From Balanoglossus misakiensis (taxonomy: Eukaryota; Animalia; Hemichordata): DNA of 64,000 nt. Position 1 is the stretch's first letter, and the number at the start of each line of letters is the position of its first letter. The stretch lies in the NCBI GenBank assembly GCA_040954595.2, contig CM082595.2:4614137-4678136 (forward strand), written 5' to 3'. This document shows, piece after piece, positions 22,654 to 36,519 of the stretch. The translations under genes were made by a program, and so were the position numbers. The notes beneath the pieces were generated by a model that was given only the letters and a program-made list of their open reading frames with translations, was not told where the DNA came from and searched no databases.

Positions 22654-25600
22654 TATTCAAGCAACGTGGCCCACCACCACTCGGCCTCGGCTGCCAAAAC
22701 ACAGCTTATCATTAATTCTGTACCTGTCAACATCACTTTGCCAAATCCCGCCTAAAGGATTCCACGGCTAATTGGAAGGATTTCCGAAAATTTGGAAGTA
22801 GTCATCCTGTCGGCAGTCCTGGCTGTATATCAAGCAGGGATGACATGTTAATAAACACAGTAACATTGGCCACGCTGTCACATCTCTTAGTTTATAGCAG
22901 CTCAGAATTTTCATATTTTTTTTCACTGCTTATTTTTTGTTTGTCCCTCGGACTATTAAAAAGCACAAGAAAATGTCCAGCACTGTTTTTGCGCACATTT
23001 TAGACTTCATCATCATGAACATGCATTCTTTTACAGTTCACGTTTCCAGAATACAAATTGGCCTATTACAAATTGAAGTTATCAGTGACTAATATTGATT
23101 GAAAGACCCAATCAAATTTTGAAAATCTGAGATTTGGGTGAGTGTATGTGATATCTTGTCATTGCAGAGACACATACACGGTACATGACTGCCATCAATA
23201 GTTTACACACTACAGCTTTCAGTTTCATGTTTAAATAAAAACATATTGCTAATTTAGTCACTTATTTGTGAATTAAAATACTTTTCTATGTATGCTTGGT
23301 CAACTGGCTGTCTTTGTCTCTCTCTCTCTCCACGCGGGTCATTATCAATCCCGGAATGCAATTTTATACCTGCTTGTCAATCAAAATGTTTTTCTCATAT
23401 TTACTGCATACAGAATAACCTGTGGTTTCTGATAGAAGCCCAAATATACAGTGGGTGGACATCACACCACAAAACCTAGCAACATTATTGATGTTGTCAA
23501 CACACATGGTTGGCCTAACCTTGACATTGTAGATGGAAGAGTATAAGAACAGCTAATGTACCCAACCTACAAGTAATTAGCCGGTTGCCCCAATCATAAC
23601 AGGATTACCCATCAGAAACATCCAGAAAGTCACAGGACTGGTTGACTGAGGCTATGGTCAATGTGACGTTTTATTAGAAGCGGGCCAATAAAGATGTTCA
23701 GTACAGATAGTTTCCACTTCTTACAGACTCTCTGTACCTGTATTTAGTATTCCAAAACGGTAGATTGAAGTTTACACAAAGTGACACTAATGCATCACTT
23801 GAAGAATTCACGTGTTGGTTTTTCCGAGGCAAATACAACGGCCTATTCCTCTTCTTGAAAAAACACAAACTCCATCTATCGCTCTATTTGTGAAGGTTTG
23901 AAGGTTATAACCCTCTCTTGAAGAGCTGTTCACCCTAAGTTGCCCTCCAATGGTCTACTTGAGCGTCCGAAACAAAGGAAGCACTGTATTAGATGGGGGA
24001 TTTGGAGGACCGTTGGAGTGAGCCACAGATCCCCGGCACTAAATCGAAAAAACATCGGCGGGTCTTTTATAGTCTCTGAAATGGTGTTTAATCTGCTAAT
24101 AGTGTGACCATCTGACGTTTTCGGAAGAAAGCCCCGAGACTTCAATCTGAAGCAACTAACTCTACCACTGACACATGCAGTGAGAAGCTGATTAGTTTTC
24201 ATCCAGTACTGGCAAAAAAGAGACAAATTTGTGAACACAGATTTAACCTACCACAGAGGAAATCTTACAAAACGACTTTATGTCTGACTTTTTTTTCTGC
24301 ACTAGGGAGGGGAAGTCAGTGGGGGTGGGTAAGGGTGCATTTACCAAAAGCATTCGGGGGGTGGGGGGGGGGGCAAAATGACGGCAATTATCAACAACAT
24401 AGGGCACATATTGTTTGACTGATTTTCTGAGATTCCAAAAGTAAACCTGAGCACTGGGGTGACCAGTTGCCGGTGTGTGCAAATGCCACTTAAAAACAAA
24501 CATATTGAAGAAATAATGAAGAACTGACCACACTATATGATCGCTAGACATCCGGTGCCAGTTACCCTGTGGGCCTTAGACCTACTCCAGGGACAGCCCT
24601 CTTCAACCAACAGTTCATTTTCTGGTCCCCCAATAGCTGATAAGGAGATCTATACATAAACTTTACTTCAATAAAACCCCTCTGCACAGGTGTCAAATCA
24701 CTTTAGACATCTATCAGTTGCCATGACAATGCTAACAGCCCTGTGTTTGTCCCTCTCAACTTTTAACAAGAACCCCTTTGTTCTTATCTAAATCACAGGA
24801 GATACATATTCACTGCTTACAAAAAAGCTTACACCTTATCTGAGGTGGGGAGGGCAAATTTTTTCAAATGTTACCAAATTTTTCTCAATTTCCTGGGAAA
24901 TTTAGCACCCAAATATCCAAGTATATCACTATGATATGATTTTGATCAAAATTTAAGATCTTCCTGAAGGAAAAACACTAAAATTTAAAATTTTTCCAAA
25001 TGATCAAGATTGGTAGTAAACATTGAAGTCACACCTGCAATAACAGTTTATCTGTGATTACTGGCCATGAATTTTTAATTACTTGATATCAACACAAAAT
25101 CAAACAATTTAAATCCCCCAGCATCAACAAACTCAAACTCTTATAATTAAAAGGTCACAGAATATTCACTAAAATTTTGCTAATCCATTCCTAAAATGCA
25201 CACCCACTCAGGAAGTTTGGAGTCAATATTTGGGTTGGTGGAATCACTGGCTAGAAGCTCAATGGATGCCTAGCAGCCCTGGAGTCATTTTCAAAATATG
25301 GCTGTCACTATGGTCAGGAAATATTCCCCCAAGTTCTGTAAATGACTCAACTCATAAAAACACTTGACACTATAACTGAAGTATGACTAAATTCGGTAAT
25401 TTCTTTGTGTGTTCGGAGGAAATGATCCTCATTCAGTACTGATCGGAGCAAATCGTTTCCTGCGACAGACTTCTGGTTTCTGCGCGACCATGAAATGTCT
25501 TGCAGGGACTTGATATGGTGTGAATATTTATTTCATGGCCTACTTTTATGAAAGAGTGTTTTCAAATTGGTTTATATCAGCAACTGCAATAGGGTTAAAC

Positions 25601-26405
25601 TGAAAGATCTTGATGATAATATCCTGGCTAGTATGTCCTGAACGAAATACACTTAAAAGAAATTCTAAGTATCTTATAAGATTTTATAAGATTCTTATAA
25701 GAAGACACTGTATTCTCTTTGTAGAACCTGAAGGACTCCAGGGGATAGATTCTACATTTTATGAAAATGATTAAATGTATGTAAACATGCATCCTGCAGA
25801 TTATTGTAAAGTCTTGAGAGTTTATAGTATGTTTTTTTTTTCTTCTTCAGTACGTGAAACAGTCATTTCTGGTTGTCATACCAGCCAGTGCCACGACGAC
25901 GTAATATCAAATGCTGTACGTGTCAGAAACGTTGAATGGCTATACTCGTGATGTGGCATTAGCACCAATTGCCCAGTCCGATCTCAGTTCACTCGAGTGC
26001 GCTTGATCCGAATCAATACCACGTCTGTGGGGCTTATCAGCCATGGCAATCTCAACGTTGGCAGATCGGACATCAAAGGTTCCCCGCCACCCAACACACC
26101 AGAAGAGCATCTCAAACAGAGACATACAAACTTCGCCATCATCATCCACACAACTGTGTGATGCAGCAAATCCACTGTCACAAACCATGACACATGGTTC
26201 CGGTATTGACATTTTCGGAACTTCACTAATACTACACGCCATGGCAACCAATCACTTTGGCAAAAACGTGAAAACCTTTCAAACAGTTAATGTAACAGTG
26301 AACAGAAAATTATACCTCGTTTTCTAAAACAACAGAAGAAAACGAGTGAAAGGATTTTAGCTCTGACAAAACATCCCTGGAAGTAAAACCATGCACCCTC
26401 TGGAA

Positions 26406-26488
26406 TAGTCTAGTACCTAGCCGTATTTTGTTCCCTTTGCTTCCAAAACTAAAGCAAAGCGAACAAAATATGGCTAGGTACTAGACTA
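26406..26488. mobile_element. 83-bp palindromic MITE, TAG..CTA termini, perfect 9-bp TSD
   Basis: TAGTCTAGTACCTAGCC..GGCTAGGTACTAGACTA flanked by CCTCTGGAA on both sides. Same loop (TTCCAAAACTA) as the 7128 copy. Confidence 0.92.
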
Positions 26489-29400
26489 CCTCTGGAAGTG
26501 CTTTGGATAAACGGATGTACAATTTACACAGGCCTCAAAAAAGCTCCCAATCACATTAAAATGCCAAGTTCACTGACATCACAATCTAGGAATCCAATTT
26601 ACAGCCCTCATTGTATCCCCCCTCTTATTTCAGCACACCAAAGCATGACGGAAACTTGAGGCTACCCTCCACAAAAGACACCTGAGTAGAATTTCCCCCA
26701 GCGATGCATCGGTGGGTCTTCAGAGACCCAGACATAAAAGACAGAGAGAATTAAGATGGGCACTGGGGGAATATACTCATTTCCTTGGCTGGAATTAATG
26801 AACTGTGGCGATTGAGTCGAGCCCGGCACTTGGGACTTACAGTACATAGTGATTTGTGGAAGCTAATGTTTAGCTAATGGTCCTGCTGACCCGACAGAAA
26901 GCTTAACCTGAAATTTATTAGAAAAAAAAAGAACGACAACAGTTTTGATTTTGTTCATTACTCTCGAAGGATGTGAAGCGACATATTTCTTTTTTGTTCT
27001 GTTAAAAGCCCAGAAAATGACTATTTTCTCTAAAAACCTTATTGTATCAATAAGCAGCTTACACATTCTGCTCTCTGGAAGCATATTGAAGCCTAGAATA
27101 CACGGCTTGCCAACAGAACCTTTCAGAGTCTATTACAAGACTCGACATCTCTATGTCTGTATTGCACAAAATTGATTTTTCCTTGAATTTCAGACTCAAT
27201 AGAAATAGCAGAAGAGTACATCAGATTCAATCAGATGATTTCTCTGTGGTATGATTGGTGGCGGGGATGAGGAGACAAGACGGCGGGCGTCGTCGCGGGA
27301 ACGGGCGGAGTCACTTTGAGCAAAGCCAGTGAAGGCTAGCTGTGTGCGTACAGATTTTACATCTCGCAAAAATTAAAGCAGAAATAGATATATTAACATT
27401 AAGAAGCGAACATGGGTGACTATTTTCTTGCAATGGTCCGTACGTGTAATTTGTTTGCCTTGGGAAAAGTACTGGAACTTTTGATCACTGATGGGAAAAG
27501 GGACTTGAGGATGAAACGCTGAGATGTTGGCCTCACATATATACAACCAAATACACGTCCTCTTTGTGTGTGTGTCCCTAGCCTGTCCTCATGGCGTCAA
27601 GATGGATCAAAAGAACAATCAGCTAACCCACACACACACACTCACACTCAGACGCAAACACACACAAAAAAATCCTCAGGAAGATCACAACTGGCAAAAA
27701 GATTGACGGCAAACAATCAACCCGGCTGGGGTTCTTTGTTGTTCTTATACGGACACAAGACGACTGCATTATTGGATCTTGATTGGGTCCGCCACTGCAG
27801 AAAATGAAGTGCGACTGCCGAACAAACCGCCTCGATCAGATAAGGCGCGGGACAACAAGTGACCCATTTTGCCCGGCCGTAATTGCCAATAGGGCTTGGT
27901 GGGTCTTGGTGGCCAGTCAATTTACCTTATCAAAACACGGCTATTGAACGATCACAAGGACACCATTCAGAGGTGAACGATTACCCACTGGCTACAGATC
28001 CCTAGGCTTGACCGCTCCCTTCCCACTATTTTCTCGTAATTGGCCATCAACAACTTTTTGGGCAATTTAACTTCCATTATGCCCTTTCCAAAACAGCCAA
28101 ACCTTGAAAAAAATTCTTGTTTGATTTTTTGCGGCGCATGCTTTTCAGATAAACATCATCCTGAAACTTCCATTCAGACTTGGACACACTCCACGGGCAA
28201 AAAATACAAACGCTCTTTCATTTTTAATGCATGGTGAGAAGTGAAGTTAAGATCATAATCTCCGGACATTGGTGTATACTGTTTCAGTCACAAATGCGTT
28301 TGTTGATGAGTTGATTGGTGCTCAGGTGATGGCTTTGTTTCTGTCACAGCGTCAGGAATCTGATAGTTTTGGGAGTTTCACAAATATATGTCTCACTGAA
28401 AATGCGTTTTCTGGTATATGAGAATGATCTAAATCTTCACGACTCGTGACGTCTCCCTCCCCTTTCGTTATTGTGCTAAAATTTTGTCCCTCAAAACTCT
28501 GTCTTTTTATGCGATTCATTTCTGTCAGTTTCTCAGGGTTAGTTTGTGACATATCATTCTTGAAATCGGCCATGCATTCAGTGAATTTTCACGGGAAGTG
28601 AGGGAGGAAACTAAAGAAAACACAGTTGAGAAAACATGGAAATGGTTCACTGTGAATTGGATCAGGTCAGTGGTGCTAGATCGCTTTCATCCTCCAACAA
28701 CCCACTGCATTGTGGGAAAATCCACATGCATGTGCGTCCATTAGAGCTCAGATCCTTGAGAACTCCAAAAAGAGATCCTCTTTCTGGAGTAATACTAATA
28801 CTCCGACGCGTATCTATGATTTAAGCGAGTGTGGCACGTGTCTGGGACAGATGGGGGAAGGGGCCCACGAATTTTCGAGATTATTTGTTAGCTGAGATTT
28901 TAAACAAATATTTTTGTTTGCGCTCTGAAGAAACTTTCAGTGAACCACTCGAGAACCCGGGCTAAAAGACAAAAAGGCCACTTCCGTCTATGATTAATTT
29001 AGTATTGGTTTAAGCTTATATCAAATTACAGGGTCTACGACCGTGGCTTAGTGAAAAGCCCAGACTCGGTGAAGTTTTCTGTGGTGGTTGCTACTTGCAT
29101 GCATAGGGCCTGTCAATTACGAGAAACGATTTGTGCGGAACCCTGTGTGAGTCGAAGAGTGTATTATTTGATTGTTCGACTGTTTGTCTTGCTGCGATTA
29201 TATCAACTCGCACAATGGTAACCAATAGCCCGACTTCGCCGTCCCCTACCGGTAATTTCAGCCGATGTATTAGGCACCTACTTTGTTAAGAAGCGTGGCA
29301 CAGGTGTTGTTCGGCCGGGGAAATTCAAGATGTCGGCATTTAACGCCTTGTCTGCCTGAAGAAACGTTATACACCCTCCCACCAACCCCGTCCCCCATTT

Positions 29401-29694
29401 CTTGCCGGGCACACAATGGCGACAGCGGAGTCTTGCGGAGACGGCCGCGGTAAGGAGAGAGGCTGGGAAAGCCGCACCGCGGCGGATTGCGGGGGAAGTG
29501 GATCCCGGAGTTCAGGTTACAAATTGAGAGAACGAGAAAGGCGCTCAATTGTGCACAGGTAAATTAAGAGCGTGCGTTGGAAGCCGAGACTGGGTTACAC
29601 ACAGACTTCAGGGTGGCTTTTCTCACATGGTCACTGATAATCTCCACTACGTCTTACAGCTCACAGGTATATCCCAAATACTTTGAGGACAATA

Positions 29695-29902
29695 CTGTAA
29701 AACACTTTATTTTCGCGAGTTAAATTTTTCGCGATATCGAGAGAGGCCACTGTTTCGCGAGTATTAATTTTCGCGTTCTCTTATTCCATCCACTGCGTCG
29801 TTATCTTCAATAACAATTTACGCGACTTTTTATTTTCACGCTATTTTGGCTCTCGCGTATTTGGCGAAAATTAATTGCTCGCGAAAATAAAGTGTTTTAC
29901 AG
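29695..29902 (-). mobile_element. MITE family A, copy 2 (inverted)
   Basis: Same TIRs and TA flanks; interior is the reverse complement of copy 1. Confidence 0.92.
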
Positions 29903-30757
29903 TATTCCTAAATATTGCTGGGGGATAATTAACCTTATGATCATTAAATATTTCAACTTTTACTTCGTTGTTTGATTAAAAATATGGTAAAAGTGACAGC
30001 TATTGGGGCTTTAACAAACTATTCTGCTATCATTTTAAATTCTGTTTTTGTTTCTGTCTCAGTGAGATTTCATAAATAGTCAAATCCTAGGGAAAGTACA
30101 TTGAGTCCCTATCTGCCCTCAGACACCTGAAGTCATCACCTTGGACATTTAATAATGAGGCAGCGAGAATCCAGAGACGGAAGACCCCACCTGGTGTCTG
30201 CAAGAAGCCACCGTCAGTGATCAATCACACCAGGAGAAGATTTGAAACGAAAAAACACGTAACCATACAAAACCCGTTGCATCTCCAGTGCACAAGCACA
30301 AAGTATCTATACCCATCCCTTCCAGGCCTGTCTCCAATCCTCAAGCCCCAAGCAGCACCACCACTAATTTCCCCTCCTTGTGGGCGAGCACCCAGCCAAG
30401 CATAACAGCCTGGTTTCCAAAACCCTACCTTGGAAAATTACAGGTTGTCACTGACGAAATGGATGATGTCAGTGCAACCAGTCATCTTCTTACAAAATCG
30501 GGACAATGGGTAAGTGCTTTTGATGATCCATCAAGAGACGCAAATCGGAAATGTGACTTGTCGGAAACGAAATGAGTCAGGAAAGTTTGTGGTAGAAGAG
30601 TATGAATTAAAATAATTCTCTTTGCTCAGGCTGACATTTTATTAGTGTGTCTCTTGCCTAGGGATGTACGATAGTCAAAATTGAAAATATTGTCATTTCT
30701 TTTAATTGTCGATTTTTAGAATATCCTGTGTATGTGTAATGAAAATCAGAAACGCTC

Positions 30758-30882
30758 CTGATTGGTCAGCCACTTTATCAAGCAGGCTTCTGATTGGTCA
30801 GTTGGTTAGGGTTTTATCAAGTAGGCTTCTGATTGGTCAGTTGGTTGGGGTTTTATCAAGTAGGCTTCTGATTGGCCAGTTG
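30758..30882. repeat. 39-bp tandem repeat containing CTGATTGG
   Basis: About three units of CTGATTGGTCAGTTGGTTRGGGTTTTATCAAGTAGGCTT; first unit shorter. Confidence 0.9.
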
Positions 30883-33800
30883 ATGTTTCTCTGAAACTTC
30901 CCTTATGTGGGAAAGATGTGGGCATTAAGCCTTTCATCCTGGGTGCAGTGACCTCAGCATATACATAAAGAGAGTGTATAACACACACTGGGTCTGACCA
31001 CATTATGATGGCAAGAAGGGAGGGATGCAACAGCACAAAAGTGGGACGTGTTTGTTTTTACAGTCCTTCACTGCAGTCAACTTGACGTATGAAGGACTAA
31101 ACACACACGTTCTCAAGCCGAACAATGCCCCGACACCATCTCAGTGTATTTCTCAGGTGAAAATAAAAGACCCCCTGTTGATTCATGCACACTGATCCGT
31201 GGATGCATGCACCTTGCACTGGCCGTGATCACAATCGCACAGCACCTGATACTGAAGACACAAAGCGTGTATACCTATATACGCCTCGTGTGACTGAGTC
31301 TTGCAAATGTCCAAGAAAGGCCGTAATTGTGCGGCACAATCGCCCAATAGAGTCTTCCACACACACACACACTCTCTCTCTCCTGCGAGCTGAAAAACCT
31401 TCTATCTCCCTGCCACTTTTTTGTTTCTACCTGTCAGTCGTGCCCGGGCCCCCATTCACCAAGGCAGCGCCCCAAGGCCGCCACACAAGGTATAATCGAA
31501 GCAACTCCTCCCAGGCCAAAGAATCCCACTTTTAAAGGCGGCCATTAATTCTAATTAGGGTACTTAGTTCCGTCAGCTTTAGTAGCAGGTAGATTCGCAT
31601 CGATGCGCTTTCCCACACTAACTCCACAAAGCGTATTTCTCCCTGCACTTTACCAGTGTATTATTCCCTCGTTTTCGGTCAAATTTAATCATTTAACATG
31701 GTTATCCCTGAAAAGCGACAAAACGCGAGCACCTTGGCAACTGGGGAGGTGGTTGCTTAGATTTCCTCAGGCTTCCCATCATGCACCTCTGTTTGTCCGG
31801 AAAACCCCATCACAACTGACAAACTTGACTGAGAAGGAATTAGTTTTAATCCAGTATTATTTACTGCAGAACATATGATAGACTTTTTAAAACTAACTTT
31901 AGTCCAGACCTACGTGACACACTCAAGAATACTCAGCAATTTTGTCTTTGATCTTTGGACCTTTCCTTGGCCTTCGTCAGTCTATTGAATTTTTCAACAA
32001 AATACACCTGTATCAGAATTAATCGCAAACTTCTTGTGAAACCAGAGTGGTGTATTTCACTTCAAAACAAAAACTAGGTTGAATAAAAATTGCCAAAAAC
32101 AACAAAATTTGAGGTCTGACTTTATGGCGGGAAAACAATTCGGGCGGTGAAAGCACAAGGCGAGAACTTTGCACAGATATGTGACTGACGGCATGAAATA
32201 TTAGACTAGACTTACCAGAACAATAGAGTTAAAGTACCAATAATCAGACACCATAGTGCCCACCACTGCCAAGACAATTTCATCTGCTTTTTATTAGGTG
32301 GGTGATAAACACAAAACGAAGCGACCATTGGAAGTTGTTCTCTAGGGGAATTTGGAATGGGGAAATCGTGGGATATGCTTGATTTCACCCAGCCCCTCCA
32401 TCTTTCAAATTTGGAAATCATGCCTTGCCTTGCCCTCTCGCGGTATGGTTCAATGTCCTTTTTTAACAGCAGAATAATGTTCTTCTTAATAAACAGATCG
32501 TTTTAAGATGGTATTACAAATATTGAGGTTATGTACAGTAAGGTGCTTTACTGGCATTGTCTATGGCCTGTCGAAAACAAGTAACAGATCATTGCTGGTA
32601 TGTACAGACCATGCTGTGCGATAAAAATTCAACTTGTCGGCCGTAAGATCAATGGCATTTCTCGGACTCTGAAATGTCAAATCTGATGAGACTGCTCGTA
32701 AATAAACCATCCTGGAACTTAATATTCACAATAAAGTTCCATAAATGTCACTATAAGTGTTGCCCAAATTTACTCTTGGCTACTTTGTTAAGTAGCCATC
32801 CTTTCCCGTTTCGTGTGAGCTTCGCCGACACACTATTCCCCTGGGTGCAGTTGAAAACAATGTTTCCACCTGCCTCCTCTGGAAAGAAGAGGGAAAGATT
32901 TATTTATCGTCATTACAGCAAGACAGAGCAGTACAATGTAAAGGCGGCTGACTCTGTCTGCTTTGGGGCTTCCATTGTTTTGCACAAATACGAAATAAAT
33001 TTTGTGTGTGGCCGCACTGGTGGCTGGATGGTCTATTGGTCTATAAACCCACCCTCCACAGATTTCAGTTTGAAATAGCTGAAAGAGAAGAGGTGTCACC
33101 AAAGGATATAAACAACAAATCTTGTTTTCAGAGAGGTTGAAAAGACTTAAACAGACTAGCAGTTTTACGGGAACTTGTGAATTGAAGAAAAAATAAAAAC
33201 GATTTAAAGCCAGGAATGTGCTATGAAAGTGTCAACTAAGGTATTTAAATTGATGAACGCTTTTCTGAAATTGTTTTTAAGTTATAATTTATTGTTTGTT
33301 GTTTACCAATTCAGTGAAGCCGCTGTCTTTTAGCATACATGTTTTTACCTTCATGAACAAAGTTTCACTATAGAAATCTATAGAATTATTATATTGCTTA
33401 TAGAAGTTCCATTAAAATGTATGGAAATTCTATACTGAAGTTATGTGTAGTTTTGTCTTTTTTTATTGAATGTCAAAATGTATAGAACACTGTTGAATTC
33501 TTTAGAATATTTCTCATAAGGGATGTCTCAAACTGACTATTTTTTTCTTAACACAGACAACTGTGAAAAAACACAACAAGATTCTGAGCCATCTAAAGCG
33601 ATCTGTGTAGAGCACTGACTAACAGGTTGGTCCAAGTGAATCATGTGGAACAAGAAATCTGTTAGCGCGACGCCAAAAAAAGAGTACACCCCTGAAAAAA
33701 TAACACGACAACACAATACAAAAACCCAGCTAGTGTACTTAGAAAATACCGCAATATTCTGTCCACTCACCCGACAAGACGGATTTTTGTCGCCGATGGA

Positions 33801-36251
33801 CGGGTAAACCGATCTGGGCCTATTCTCTCCGTCAGGGAGAAATGACAACAAGCCTGGGTAAACTATTTACCAAAGCTTTTTTTGTCTCTGTTTATTTCTT
33901 GTTTTGGAATGTCAGCTATTTCTTTCAGCAGTTAGGCAACAGTGGTTGCAGTTATGGCACAGTTCACTGGAGCTATTATAGAGTCTTTGGGTATTTTTTT
34001 CTTTTTTCCTTTAAACCTCCGAATTTTACAGTCTGTTAAGTTTTAAAATCTGCTCCACCGTAGCAGGCCAGTGCGACTCAGGAAACAGTTCCCACTGTCA
34101 AAACTTGCAGTTTCTTTCTCAGTGAGCACTAGTTGATAGATTTTCTTTGGTTTTCATTTTCGGAATATCAGAAGCAGAGATAATTCAGCTGCCAATATTC
34201 CGCCAGCTTGTGACTTTTCCAGGACTGGGAAAGGTTATCATTCAATGGAATATGAAAAGAAATCTTGGTGTGGTCTTGACATTGCTGGAATCATGAACAC
34301 TGATAATACAGTGGTTGTAGAGAACAACAATTATAACAGAAATCGACAGTTTTTCTGTGCAGTGACCATCTTCCTGCTGAAAATGGCATTTTTGACATGA
34401 TAAAAAATCCTCACAGGCACGAGTGCTTGGCAACCTTGGTAATCGAGGAAGCACAAAAGATATTCCTAGTGTTACACTCCAATGTACGATGAACCAACTG
34501 GTTTCTCTCAGACAGTCTACTGAAGTTGTCTTTTCTGGTCATAGCTGGGGAAACAGATTCATCGTTTAGCAAGATTGCAGCATCACACCGCAATGTGTAG
34601 CAGCGCATCCACTGGTCTGGATTTCTCAGATGTGACACACAGTACATGATGCGTGTACCTCTCCAACAATATCCGTCACTCCTGCACGATCAGACCGATT
34701 TTGTTTTGCGTCGAAAAACACCTGCAGCAAAGCGACCACGTCTCAACTCTCTCACGCTCTCTGCATACTTCGATATTCAGGTATCATCCCCAGGGTAGTC
34801 CAACCCCCGGGGCAAAATCAATTACTTTCTTCTCCGACTCGGGCAAATATTTCTGCCGAAATTTTCACACCGTAAATCACGGAATGCGATTCGATAAACA
34901 CCGCGATGCCGTTCAATGGCAGCATGCGTCGGCCCGACACACTTGAATATGTAAAATGACTTTTTTTTATCTTCTTGATATACCTTACTGTCCCTGTCGT
35001 TCCACTGAGCAAGCACACACAAAACTCTGATATATTGTCAAAACAACCCAACTGATGTCGGACAGCCATGTATGTTTTTTTAACAAGTGAATTCCTGAGA
35101 CTCAAATCACCTCTTGAAAAAATTCTTGAACAACATATTTTTGGTGGTCACCGCGTGTCCTGGGAAACTGCCTTCCTTGCCTCCAGCAATTTTAGAAACA
35201 AACACAGACAAGACAAGTAAATCATTTACGACCAGCACTAGAGAAAACAACAAGCCAGAATCATTGTGAAGGTCTTGTCTCCTGTGATACAATATTCAAT
35301 GAAAAATAGACAAAATCGTCAACAAAATCATTTACAAAGATGTTCCTTCATGGGAAAAAGTTCTCAAATATTAATGTTAAAATAGAAATTTAAGGAAATA
35401 TTTCTCTTCAGTTAATATGAGTCTCCAAGGATTGTCTCAACCCTTTCTATAATAAACTTGACTAATATGAAATACAATGATGACAACAATAAAAACATAA
35501 AAATTATAGCTTTCATATCTTTGAATTTTGAAATTCAAATGGAATATTTGTGCACTATATACAAAATGATCTGACTGACGATTAATCTCATGTAGGAATT
35601 ATTTGACTAACGGTATATCTTTAAAAATATTTTCTGTTTCTTGTGGGTTAAATGGCTGGAGCTACACCTACATAATTTCAGTAATTTTAAAAATAAAATA
35701 AAAAAAGTAAAATCAGAGTTTGCAACCATTCAGGAAGGTTGGAATGTGCTAAATTGGTGGAAGGGAAAGGAGGAGGGTATTGGAATGCAGGACATCTTGT
35801 ATGAAGATGACCAGAGGACCAGGTGCAGATTTTGTGGCCCATAGACAAACAAGAATGGCCGGGGTGGTCACAGATGATGGCCCACCGACACAAAGCCCCA
35901 GAAAAAACATGTAAACACTGCCCAGTGGTATATCAGGTCACGCTGACTACCCAATCAAGCAGTTGTTAGTGGCCATCAGTCAGTGTCTTCCGAGAAAGAA
36001 GACAGAAGATCGGGTGGCGGTCGAGATGGTTTCCTAACGACCATGCCACGCCATGATATATCGGAACAGTTAAGGAAAAGAAAAACCCTGGGGGAACCCG
36101 ACAAGCAAAAAAAAAAAAAGAAAAGGTAAACACCTCGACAAACAAGGTACCTGTTCCCACGTTTCTGCGATCACCCTGACTACACACGGCGACATACCTG
36201 GTAGGAGACCATGCATCGCAAATCAGATGGACCAATGTCAGTATGTGTGTT

Positions 36252-36319
36252 TGTATGTATGTATGTATGTATGTATGTATGTATGTATGTATGTATGCAT
36301 GTGTGTGAGTGTGTGTTGT

Positions 36320-36350
<31 letters not shown>
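36252..36350. repeat. (TATG)n followed by (TCA)n microsatellites
   Basis: Directly visible. Confidence 0.95.
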
Positions 36351-36434
36351 ACAACACAACAACAAGAAGATTCCTCTGTTCCCTTAGTGTATACGCGTGT
36401 ATACATTCAATCAACTGGTAATGGAGTCTCTTAA

Positions 36435-36519
36435 CCCATTCACCACCATGGTTCAGTCCAAACCCATTGTTTTCTATGGTGAAGTGGGACCTCTAAAGAG
36501 GGAACTGGGGGTGAAAGGG
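36435..36519 (+). mobile_element. About 85-bp TTAA-CCC..GGG-TTAA MITE (piggyBac-like ends), copy 1
   Basis: ttaa CCCATTCACCACCATGG..GGGGGTGAAAGGG. Similar to the reverse complements at 49671 and 58583. Right TTAA lost. Confidence 0.75.

Noticed and set aside
32212-32290. Minus-strand hydrophobic peptide MKLSWQWWALWCLIIGTLTLLF ending at CTG|GTAAGT
   Set aside because: No pyrimidine tract or promoter upstream and no resemblance to Opa1; treated as chance.
33360-33522. CTATAGAA-rich segment ending TTTCTCATAAGGG, possibly an old MITE
   Set aside because: Could not identify a matching left terminus or TSD.
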